This document shows, piece by piece, positions 10,838 through 18,989 of a DNA stretch of 18,989 bases (its first letter is position 1; every line of letters begins with the position of its first letter). Source of the DNA: Paraspadella gotoi (lineage: Eukaryota; Animalia; Chaetognatha). The notes under the pieces are model-generated. The model was not told the origin of the DNA and did not search any database. It worked only from the letters and a program-made list of their open reading frames with translations. Made by a program: the position numbers and the translations under genes. Location: NCBI GenBank assembly GCA_051294375.1, contig JBJCIZ010001571.1, positions 1-18,989 on the forward strand, given 5' to 3'.

Positions 10838-11214
10838 TGTGGCAAGGTCTCTGTATTAAAGCACAGCATTATGTAAGGATTTAAAGGCTTTGACAACTAA
10901 GGGAGTTTATGCCTCAGTACTAAGGTTAGGACGATTGAAGAAGATGATATCTCAAGAGAGGATGAAACCACAAGTGGAAGAAGAATGCTCTTTATTTTTG
11001 AGTCAAATGTATTTATTTACTTTGGCAAATAATAAAAACGTTTGATTGATTAATTGAATAATTATTTTTATCATTTATCAGAAGCATCGAGATTTTAAAA
11101 CCCGGGAATGAAATTCAGCCGGTTATAATCACAGGTAAACAATCAAGTATTTAATCAGTGAGAATCTTCAGTTGATGCCCTTAAAACTATAAACAAAAAT
11201 TAGAGTGACGTAAA
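10838..11214 (-). repeat. 3' LTR (377 bp)
   Basis: Ends ...TTGCCACA on minus; matches 16621-16656 directly (2 indels) and 18641-18989 in inverted orientation; abuts the PPT. AATAAA on minus at 10991-10996 and 11012-11017. Confidence 0.9.
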
Positions 11215-11223
11215 TCCCCCCCT
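11215..11223 (-). promoter_or_regulatory. Polypurine tract (PPT)
   Basis: Minus strand AGGGGGGGA immediately before the 3' LTR. Confidence 0.85.
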
Positions 11224-11591
11224 GTTGAAAATATATAGACTTTAATATTTACATAAAAATGTTGTCATCAATTGAATTTGATGTTAAATAATTTGCTTAC
11301 ATAATATATATGTATAACGGGTTAAAAACAATAGAATACTGTCGACCCGAACTAATCTTTACCAAATTAATTTGTAAAATTACAAACAAAGATAAAAATT
11401 GAAAGAATAAAAATAATAATATCCAGAAACAATTCAAAAACGTTTAAATATACATATCGATAAGATTGGCTTTGGCAAGTTGTCTAGGTAGAGGTCAAAC
11501 AGCGGGATTTTGTGTTTTGTTTTGTTTTTGACGTTTGTTGTTATTGTTTTGTTTTTGTTTTCACATCTTGTTGTCAGTCCTGAGCATTCCT

Positions 11592-14500
11592 TCAACCGAT
11601 TGTTGCGTATGTCGGACAGGTTGTTAGGTTGGAGCTGACCACCGTTCTATATTTGAGGAATCGCCCTATCTTCTGCTCGAAAATCGTTCGTACATTTTTT
11701 GGCTCAGTCCTTTTTTCGAGATCGTTGTTGTTGTTGTTATTCCCTTTTTTTTCTCTTCGGTACCGTCGAAGGTCGATTGGACTCGTGGATGGCTGGGAGA
11801 ATTGAAGAAGGGAAGCAAAAGGGGGAAGGGCGAGGAGGGTGGGTTCGGGGGAAGGTGGGGGTGTTTTGTGGGGGTGATGGGGGAGGAGGAGGAGAAGGAG
11901 GTAGGAAGAGGGAGCGGCGCGGCACGATGTCGCCGATCGAAGTAACTGGAGTTGTTGGGCAGCCGTTTTCTCATGCCTTCTCCCGCAGGTCGTCGGTCCG
12001 GAACTGCTCTGTGAGGCGACGGGGCGGGAGGAGGAGGAGTGAGGAGGAGAAGGAGGAACGGCGCGCCGATTCGCCGATCGAGTCACTCGAGTTGTTGGCG
12101 CCGGTTCTCTCGTCCTTATACCAGGTCGACGGCCAGGAACTCTCTCCGGGCGTGGTTCTGGGTCGTCGACGGCAGGCTCCTCATCGCTCACCCATGCAGG
12201 TTTCACTCGAGCAATATTAACAGTCATGCGTCCTGTACTCGGAATTTCAACGGTTATGTTCAAACCATTTCGATGTATGACGCGGAAAGGTCCTTCGTAT
12301 GGAGGAGTGAGTGAAGGCTGCACACCTGCTCGTCGTATAAACACGTAATGAGCTGATTCAAGATTTGCTGGAAGGTGAATTGAGGGTTGTCGGTGTGCAG
12401 AGGTTGGAGTTGGCTGCAGGCGTGCGACCTCTACTCGAAGTTTCGAAAGTTGGTTTTTTCGTTGCTGATTCAGTGTGGCTCCTTCCACTTGGGTATCGCC
12501 GAGTATAGTGCCAGGCACACTGAGTCCTTCGCCAAACACCAGGTCGGCTGCAGATGCTCCGACATCCTCCTTGACCGTTGTCCTTATCGCGAGTAAGGTC
12601 AGGGGTAATTTCCAGTACCATTGTTCCTTTTCTTGATTTGCTAACGCCATTAATGACGCTTTGAGCCTTCTGTGGAACCGCTCGACGAGCCCATTGGCCT
12701 GAGGGTGATAGGCTGTCGTGGTCTGATGTTTGATTCCCCAGTATTTTGTCAGTTGACGCCACAGAGCTGAGGTGAATTGACTTCCTCGGTCGGTGGTAAT
12801 GACGGCAGGAGTCCCAAAGTTGCTGATCCAGTTTAAGCTGAGAGCGTCGAGGATCGTGGGCGTCAGAGTGTCGTGGATTGGGATTGCTGTCGGCCAGCGA
12901 GAGAAGCGATCAACGATCGTCAAGAGGTGAGCGTATCCATTGGATTTAGGCATTTTGACTAAGTCCAAGTTTAAGTGTTGAAATCGACGCGGCGGAATTT
13001 TGAATTCACCTATCTCGGGAACGACATGTCTCGAGATCTTTGCCCTTTGGCAGTCGATACAATCGCGCGCCCACTTTGTGACGTCTTGCCTCATACTGCT
13101 CCACACGAATTTTGCTGCAACTGCTTTTCGCGTTGCATCAATGCCAGGATGGCCGAGTCCATGTATTACGTCGAAAATCCTCCGACGCCATGATGCCGGC
13201 ACAAATGGTCGAGCTGGGCCGTTTGAAATGTCGGCGAGGAGTTCTTGATCTCCGACCTGAATTTTCCTGAAGTGAAGGCCGGATCTGGCGTCTTGAGCAA
13301 TTTTCTGAAAATCAGGGTCCAATTTCTGTTCGCGCGCCATCTGTTCAAAATTGATCTCAAAGCTTGTAAGAGATGAGATGACGGCATGGACGTCCTCGAG
13401 ACGGTCGGGTTTGATGCCGCGTTCCAGTGGCTCATCAACTTGTTGCTCTTCTTCTGGAGGAGCTGCAGGTGGAGATGCGGATGTCGACGTTGCTGCTGTA
13501 GGTTGCTCCCTTGGTAAAGTTTCCACTTCGTTCTTCCTCGGTTCTGTTGTCGACGAGGTGTTGGGACGAGAGAGAGCATCAGCCACTACATTAGCCTTGC
13601 CTTTAAGGTATCGGACATCGGTGGTGAACTCAGCTATTACTGATAGCTGATATGACTGTCGGATCGTCTGCGGTTCGCTCTTTTTCCGAATGGCTGATAC
13701 GAGGCTTTGGTGATCGGTGTAAATGGTGAAGGCTCTACCCTCCACCCAATGCCGAAAGTGTCGTACAGCTCGAAATGCGCCAAACAGCTCCTTGTCAAAG
13801 GGAGGCCACAACTTCTGGTTTTTTGCCAGCTTGGCTGAGAAAAAAGCCAGCGGTTCCCAACCTTTTGGGCCCCGCTGCTCCAACACCGCTCCCACCGCTT
13901 GATCTGAAGCGTCGGTCGTTATACACAGTTGCGCTCCGGTTCGAGGGTGATGCAGCAGTGCAGCAGAGATGAGTCCCTCTTTGATAGCTTCAAAGGCGCG
14001 TTCACATTCTTCTGTCCATTCAAGAGTTTTGGGCTTGCCGCTCAGGGCCTCATAGAGTGGTGCACATCTATGAGCAACCTTCGAGATGAATCTGCGGTAG
14101 TAATTAATCATCCCGAGGAATCGCTGTAGCTCTTTTATAGTTGTGGGTCTCGTCGTCTCTCTGAGAGTCTGTACCCGCTCGGGTAAAGGACGAACTCCGT
14201 TTTTGTCAACTAAAAAGCCCAAAAACTCGAGGGATGATTGGCCAAGTAGACATTTCTTGGTGTTCACAACCAATCCATTTTGATCCAGTGCCTTGAACAC
14301 CCTTTCAAGGTCTTCCATGTGTTCTTCGGGGGATGAGGATGCTACCAGAATATCGTCTAAGTAGACGAATGTGTGGGGAATGTCCCCGAGTATCTCATCC
14401 ATTAACCTCTGAAAATCTTGTCCCGCGTTCTTTAGGCCGAATGGACAACGTGGGAAGACATACAGTCCAAACGGTGTAATTACTGCCGTTTTTTTTACAT

Positions 14501-15368
14501 CTTCAGGGTTAACTGGAATTTGATGATATCCTTTAAGTAAGTCAATTTTCGAAAAAATTGTCTTACCCTCCAGTTGGGAGTTAAAGTCCGTTAGTAACTT
14601 TACCGGATATCTGTCCTCCACTGTCTGGGCGTTGAGGCGCCGATAGTCGCCACAACAGCGCCATCCGCCGTCGGGTTTGGCGACTACATGGAGAGGTGAA
14701 GACCACTCAGACTTGCCGCGTTTCGCTATACCAAGCGAAACCATCTTCTCAAGCTCTCGCTTTGCTACAGCAAGTTTTTCCGGGTCGAGGCGTCTTGCTC
14801 GTGACTGACAGGGTCGACCTTCAGTAGGGATAGAATGAGTCACTCCATGTCGCGGTTCCTTCAATTCAAAAGTCGGCGTGGAGAGAGAGGGGAAGGACTC
14901 GAGGAGTTTGTAATACTTTTCTCCTTCTCTATCAACGAAATTAACATGAGCGGTGCTTTCACTCGCTGTCGACGCTGCTATTGTCGAATAATCTCGAAGA
15001 TCTAAGAGTAGGCCGTCACGGTGGTTGGGAGCGAGATAATTTTCTGCAAGGAAATCTGCACCGAGTATATGTTGTTTGACATCGGCAACTATGAATTGAT
15101 AAAGAAATTTCCTGTTCCCTAATTGCACAGTCCTCTCTGTTGTTCCATAGCAAGCTATTGGGGATCCGTTTGCCGCTTGTAATTTGATTTTTGGGTCCGA
15201 GCCAATGCTTCGTTGCTGCTGGGTTGGAGGGATTATTGACAGCAATGCTCCACCGTCAACGAGCCACTTCGTCCTGTCCCCGGCGTCCCTGATGTATAGT
15301 AAGTCGGATGCCGGTGAGTGGTTCGAGTCTTGGGGGACGGCGTTCACCGTCGTCGGCCCCCTTTGGCG
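11592..15368 (-). CDS. pol: Pol polyprotein (aspartic protease, reverse transcriptase, RNase H, integrase with GPY/F), probably made as Gag-Pol by -1 frameshift
   Basis: PR LVDGGA..L.AANGS..ILGADFL; RT KIDLLKGYHQI, PFGLKNA, YLDD (14352-14363); RH TDASD, KEL, TDHQ, ADALSR; IN H-x3-H..C-x2-C, LNLD..TTDRG..LVERFHR, YEGPF. The ORF-track start at 15347 is a GTG; the frame is open upstream through the slippery site. Confidence 0.97.
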   Translation of the reverse strand, partial: RQRGPTTVNAVPQDSNHSPASDLLYIRDAGDRTKWLVDGGALLSIIPPTQQQRSIGSDPKIKLQAANGSPIACYGTTERTVQLGNRKFLYQFIVADVKQHILGADFLAENYLAPNHRDGLLLDLRDYSTIAASTASESTAHVNFVDREGEKYYKLLESFPSLSTPTFELKEPRHGVTHSIPTEGRPCQSRARRLDPEKLAVAKRELEKMVSLGIAKRGKSEWSSPLHVVAKPDGGWRCCGDYRRLNAQTVEDRYPVKLLTDFNSQLEGKTIFSKIDLLKGYHQIPVNPEDVKKTAVITPFGLYVFPRCPFGLKNAGQDFQRLMDEILGDIPHTFVYLDDILVASSSPEEHMEDLERVFKALDQNGLVVNTKKCLLGQSSLEFLGFLVDKNGVRPLPERVQTLRETTRPTTIKELQRFLGMINYYRRFISKVAHRCAPLYEALSGKPKTLEWTEECERAFEAIKEGLISAALLHHPRTGAQLCITTDASDQAVGAVLEQRGPKGWEPLAFFSAKLAKNQKLWPPFDKELFGAFRAVRHFRHWVEGRAFTIYTDHQSLVSAIRKKSEPQTIRQSYQLSVIAEFTTDVRYLKGKANVVADALSRPNTSSTTEPRKNEVETLPREQPTAATSTSASPPAAPPEEEQQVDEPLERGIKPDRLEDVHAVISSLTSFEINFEQMAREQKLDPDFQKIAQDARSGLHFRKIQVGDQELLADISNGPARPFVPASWRRRIFDVIHGLGHPGIDATRKAVAAKFVWSSMRQDVTKWARDCIDCQRAKISRHVVPEIGEFKIPPRRFQHLNLDLVKMPKSNGYAHLLTIVDRFSRWPTAIPIHDTLTPTILDALSLNWISNFGTPAVITTDRGSQFTSALWRQLTKYWGIKHQTTTAYHPQANGLVERFHRRLKASLMALANQEKEQWYWKLPLTLLAIRTTVKEDVGASAADLVFGEGLSVPGTILGDTQVEGATLNQQRKNQLSKLRVEVARLQPTPTSAHRQPSIHLPANLESAHYVFIRRAGVQPSLTPPYEGPFRVIHRNGLNITVEIPSTGRMTVNIARVKPAWVSDEEPAVDDPEPRPERVPGRRPGIRTREPAPTTRVTRSANRRAVPPSPPHSSSSRPVASQSSSGPTTCGRRHEKTAAQQLQLLRSATSCRAAPSSYLLLLLLPHHPHKTPPPSPEPTLLALPPFASLLQFSQPSTSPIDLRRYRREKKGNNNNNNDLEKRTEPKNVRTIFEQKIGRFLKYRTVVSSNLTTCPTYATIG

Positions 15369-15374
15369 TTTAAC
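15311..15374 (-). promoter_or_regulatory. Candidate -1 ribosomal frameshift signal
   Basis: In-phase G_TTA_AAC (15374-15368), 6-nt spacer GCCAAA, then GGGGGCCGACGACGGTGAACGCCGTCCCCC stem; downstream TCACCG is complementary to CGGTGA. Confidence 0.75.
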
Positions 15375-16435
15375 TCTTTTTTCTTTTGCACTTCTTCGTA
15401 TCGTGCACAGCCGGGGTCACATGACCACGCTTCATCTCCAAATTTAACATGTTTGGAGCACAAGGTGGTCAATTTTGCTTTCGTTGAAGGTTTCTTCCTT
15501 TTCTGAAAGGAGTTGGGGCGCCTTCTTCCTTCAGTGTGTCGTTGAAACTGCTTGTCGACCGCGTTGACGGCGTCCTCTTCATCTGAATCCGAAATCTGCT
15601 GATCTCGGTGATCCCTTTCGATGTTGCTGATGAGAGACGAAGTCTGCTTCAGCTTGAGGTTCCCGTCGGCGTCATAGTGGCGATCGGCAAGTTGACCCAG
15701 CTGGGCGGCGCTGAGGTCGTCGGCTTTTTCTTCGAGTTGACGTCGAATTTCATTCGGTAACTCTCGAAGTATTTTTTCCTTCCTTATGTCATCGAGGTTC
15801 AAAGTCTTTGTCTTTTCTTCGAGATGAGCGAGAGCTTTCGATGGTTTGACGCCGTCAATGTCGAGGGCGTCGAGAATCGTGGCGGCCTGTTGGCGCCGAG
15901 TGAGCCCGTATTCGCTGCGGAGATAATCGATGAATTGAGCCCATGTTGTTTCGTTGGCTTCGCCGAACAGATACTTGTTGATTGTCGGGTCGACGTTGAT
16001 CCCGATTTTGGACTCGAGATGAGCGAATTTGTTCTTCGGATTTACAATCCCGGCACGGGTGTAAGCAGCCTCAACTCTTTTTATCCAAATCTCGATATTG
16101 GATACATCGAATTCCGGTAAGTCTGGCTTACGATTGGAGGCTCTCTCGAGAGCGCGGGTGGCGGCGGCGAGTGCAGCTCTAAGTTCGTCATTCTCATCTC
16201 TAAGGTCGCGAGGTGGATCGTGGGCGGTCGCCATGACGGCGTCCTCAAAATTTTTGGCGTTGGTTGATTGGAAATCGAATTCCTGCGCGGCGTCGTTTGA
16301 CACAGGCGAAATTGGTCGAGAACGCTGTCCTCTGCCGAATCCAAACGGGACCTGTAGACGGATTTCTTCGAGCTGCTCGTACTCGGCGTCGCGGCGAGCT
16401 GAGCGGAGGCGAGAACGAAGATCGGATCCGCTCAT
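15344..16435 (-). CDS. gag: Gag protein
   Basis: LPEF...W..RVEA....GI....KF N-terminal motif typical of this Gypsy Gag family, and C-terminal CSKH-x9-C-x3-C (15460-15407). First in-frame ATG at 16435; an alternative ATG at 16234 has a stronger context (GCCGTCATGG). The ORF-track start 16588 is a TTG. Confidence 0.92.
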   Translation of the reverse strand: MSGSDLRSRLRSARRDAEYEQLEEIRLQVPFGFGRGQRSRPISPVSNDAAQEFDFQSTNAKNFEDAVMATAHDPPRDLRDENDELRAALAAATRALERASNRKPDLPEFDVSNIEIWIKRVEAAYTRAGIVNPKNKFAHLESKIGINVDPTINKYLFGEANETTWAQFIDYLRSEYGLTRRQQAATILDALDIDGVKPSKALAHLEEKTKTLNLDDIRKEKILRELPNEIRRQLEEKADDLSAAQLGQLADRHYDADGNLKLKQTSSLISNIERDHRDQQISDSDEEDAVNAVDKQFQRHTEGRRRPNSFQKRKKPSTKAKLTTLCSKHVKFGDEAWSCDPGCARYEEVQKKKELNAKGGRRR

Positions 16436-16600
16436 TGGCGGCGTTGTCCGCAGCCCGTCGAGTTGTCGAAGGGGGGTGGGATTGAAAAAAGGGAAATGTG
16501 TGAGTGGAACGGGCGACACACTTAATCCCAATTTCTCTCGCCCGATCTTACCTAAGAGATGGTCGAGATCCGCCGGATTATCCCCCAATGGTTGGCCTTG

Positions 16601-16618
16601 TTCTTCGTCGTCTCACCA
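16601..16618 (-). promoter_or_regulatory. Primer binding site (partly tRNA-Trp-like)
   Basis: TGGTGAGACGACGAAGAA begins 2 nt after the LTR-terminal CA; shares TGGTGA and CGACG with the Trp PBS TGGTGACCCCGACG. Confidence 0.7.
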
Positions 16619-16620
16619 AG

Positions 16621-16656
16621 TGTGGCAAGGTCTCGTATTAAAGCCACAGCATTATG
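16621..16656 (-). repeat. 3' end (36 bp) of the 5' LTR
   Basis: TGTGGCAAGGTCTCGTATTAAAGCCACAGCATTATG vs TGTGGCAAGGTCTCTGTATTAAAGCACAGCATTATG at 10838. Confidence 0.92.
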
Positions 16657-18640
16657 AAATTGAAAGGAGGAGAGGAAAAAGTAGTAATCTAGAGAACAAG
16701 ATAAGAAAGAGAAATCATAACGAAAGGAAAAGCAAGACAGAAGAAACTAATAAAAAGTAAGAAATAGAAGAATAAAGAAAGAAAAGAATAGTATGAGAAG
16801 GATCGAAAAGGGTACACACGAAACAGAGGAGAGTAAAGAGAAAGAAAGAGAATAGAAATCAGAAGAGAAAAAAATAAGACAGAGTGAGACTAAAAAGAAT
16901 AAGGAATAAGAGATTGGAGAGAATAATAAAAAGAGGAGTAATGAACAAGAAAAGCAAAAACAATGGAAAAAAGAAAGGAAGAAAAATAACTAGAACAACA
17001 TAAGGAAAAAAAAGCAGAAAAAGGGCACAAGAAGAGTCAGAGCAGAAGCACAGAAGAGAAACCAAGGACAAAAAAAGAAACAAATTGAGAAAAAGCAAAA
17101 AGAGAAAGAAAGAGAGAGTAAAACCAAGAAGAGGATACGAAAACTAGAAAGAAACTAACAAAAAAACAGGAATAGGAGAGAGGAGAAAAATTAGTAAAGA
17201 GTTAATATATTGAGATGTTTAGTATACAGATGTAGGGAGAGTGAATAGATAAAGGGAACCAGAAAGTCGAAGTGTCAGAGTTGTGCGAATAAAAGAGAAA
17301 GTAAGTTAATGAAGACACAGAAAAAAGCTATAACTGGATTCGCAAGTGAAAAAAAAAGTAACAAAATGGAGATCGTACTGAAAGCAAGGATAATGATACT
17401 TTGGTAAGTATAGCGAAAACAGTGAAGTAGGAGAATAAGTTGAATAGAAAGTTATATAAGCAGAAGAAGGGAAATGGATAGGAACAAGTGAAAGAATAAA
17501 GTGTAGGGCGCGGAAAGAAAAGAGCGCTGTGAGAAAGGGATAGAGAAAGTTTACAACAGGTGGTAGAAAGGATAGTGTGAGGAGAAGAGGCAAATGAGAG
17601 AAGTGGGCAACAAAGGAAATGAGAACTAGACGACATGGAGAGAGTTAGATGAAGAGTAGAAGCTGGAGAAAAGGATAAGGGCAATAAGAAAGAATAGTAA
17701 AGAAAAAGAGAAGAGTCAATAAAGAGAAGATATTGTAAGAAAGAGGATAGAATAACTCAAGAGGGAGCAGAATAGAGTATGGTGTAGAGAGAATTGGGAT
17801 TTTGAGCCGAGTGACGAAAGTAATAAAAAGGAAGAAGGGGAATGAGGTAGACTACTGGAAAAGAGGCTGTGAAAATAGGAAAAAAAGGGGAAAGATAGGA
17901 GAATAATAAGATGATAAAATGGGATACAGAAAGAATAAAAGGAAAAACAGGAAGAATGTTACGTAAAGGAGTTGAAAAGGAAAAGAGAAAATACAGTGAA
18001 GTGGTGGAGAAAAGAAAAATGGACGAGTGAAAGGGTAAAGAAAAGAAGAGAAATATAAGATACGAAAGATCACCTGCACTCAAGCGGAGCTAACAACGGA
18101 GATACAGAGAGATCTGAGAATGTTCGTAGCGAATACGATCAGTAATGCGAGAATTATCCCATGCAAAGGTGGAAACGGACATAAGAGAAGGATGGAAAAC
18201 CTGCTGGGTGATAAGGGCGGTGAATAAGCGAGTGAATATGAAATGAAAGAATATGAAATTGGGTAAAAAGAAAAGTAGTAAGACATAATATAAGAAAGAA
18301 TGTATAGAGAAGAGAACTATAACGAAATCGGAAAAGCGTATAAGTGGATGCTTGGATTTCAAATACCAAGAAGTACAAGAAAATGAAATAAAACAAATGT
18401 ACATCTCGAGGTTAGATTTAAGTAGATCGAATAGAAAGTGATAAACTGATATTATAAATAATCAACCAGAATAGGAAATTTAGGATAAGAAGATAAAATC
18501 TTGGAAATGTTAATGCAATGTCATTATGAATTAAGAGTAAGAAGAAAGTAAAAATGAAGAATAAAAGAAAGGTAATAAGGAGCAAAGACGATCAGGAGGA
18601 AGAGAAAAGCAAGTAAAAAGAGAGAAAAAATAAAAAGACT
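16657..18640. other. Aperiodic A/G-rich low-complexity tract, probably low-quality long-read sequence
   Basis: Strong purine skew with no repeat unit; starts abruptly inside the LTR; contains an adapter-like relic. Confidence 0.7.
18069..18113 (+). other. Degenerate PacBio SMRTbell adapter (technical sequence)
   Basis: ATCACCTGCACTCAAGCGGAGCTAACAACGGAGATACAGAGAGAT (45 nt) vs adapter ATCTCTCTCAACAACAACAACGGAGGAGGAGGAAAAGAGAGAGAT (45 nt): shared ATC, CTCAA, AACAACGGAG and AGAGAGAT in order. Confidence 0.65.
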
Positions 18641-18989
18641 TTTAGTCACGTCTAATCTTTTGTTTAAGTTAAAGGATCAACTAGAAAGATGTCTCACTGA
18701 TTTAAGAATACTTTGATAATGTTTACCTGTGATTTGATAACCGGCTGATTTTCAGTACCCCGGTTTTAAATCTCATGCTCTGATTAAAATAAAAATAATT
18801 ATTCATATTAATCACAAATGTTTTTATTATTGCCCAGAAATGTAATATAAAGTACATTGACCAAAAAATAAGAGCATCTCATGCTTTCCCTGTTGGGTTT
18901 CATCACTCTGGATATTCAACGTCTCAATCGTACCCTAACTTTAGATACTAGGAGCTACTCCATGTTGTTTCAAGGCCATTCTTAGCAAT
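18641..18989 (+). repeat. Inverted, indel-rich copy of the same LTR, running to the window end
   Basis: Collinear with the reverse complement of ~10867-11214, e.g. TCTCACTGATT, TGTTTACCTGTGATT, ATAACCGGCTGA, ATAAAAATAATTATTCA, GTTTTTATTATT, TCAATCGT. Confidence 0.92.

Larger units (their letters stand above)
10838..16656 (-). mobile_element. Ty3/Gypsy LTR retrotransposon, CsRn1/Kabuki/Boudicca-like
   Basis: LTR end-PBS-gag-pol(PR,RT,RH,IN)-PPT-LTR order; CHCC Gag knuckle; WxSPLHxVxK..WRxCGDYR RT signature. The 5' LTR is truncated in this sequence. Confidence 0.96.

Noticed and set aside
11224-11591. env or third ORF in the retrotransposon 3' region
   Set aside because: Only ~370 bp, AT-rich, with no ORF in the track.
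11699-16760. Plus-strand ORFs inside the element, including 16098..16760 (220 aa)
   Set aside because: Antisense shadows of GC-rich gag/pol codons; no independent motifs.
16859-18404. F/L/S-rich minus-strand ORFs resembling membrane or mitochondrial proteins
   Set aside because: Compositional artefact of the A/G-rich tract, which is itself probably low-quality sequence.
10838-18989. DIRS-type element with inverted terminal repeats
   Set aside because: The element encodes a DDE integrase and protease, has a PBS and PPT, and no tyrosine recombinase; a direct LTR remnant is present at 16621.

Overview
Repeat-rich eukaryotic (probably invertebrate) DNA with no recognisable intact host gene. The main feature is a minus-strand Ty3/Gypsy LTR retrotransposon (about 10838-16656) of the CsRn1/Kabuki/Boudicca type. 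It has gag with a CX2HX9CX3C knuckle and pol (PR-RT-RNase H-IN-GPY/F) in the -1 frame, with a candidate G_TTA_AAC slippery site and stimulator. It also has a PBS, a PPT and a complete 377-bp 3' LTR, but only 36 bp of the 5' LTR. The next ~2 kb is A/G-rich noise containing a 45-nt relic of a PacBio SMRTbell adapter (18069-18113), followed by an inverted, indel-ridden LTR copy. The right end is therefore most likely a missed-adapter fold-back artefact rather than biology. The left 10.8 kb holds two TIR-bounded MITEs (one flanked by TTAA), a DINE/HINE-like terminus, and a probable degraded spliced MULE transposase with a telomere-like fold-back repeat in an intron. It also has a tRNA-like SINE head, minisatellites and many microsatellites. 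I found no well-supported novel system; all alignments were done by eye.
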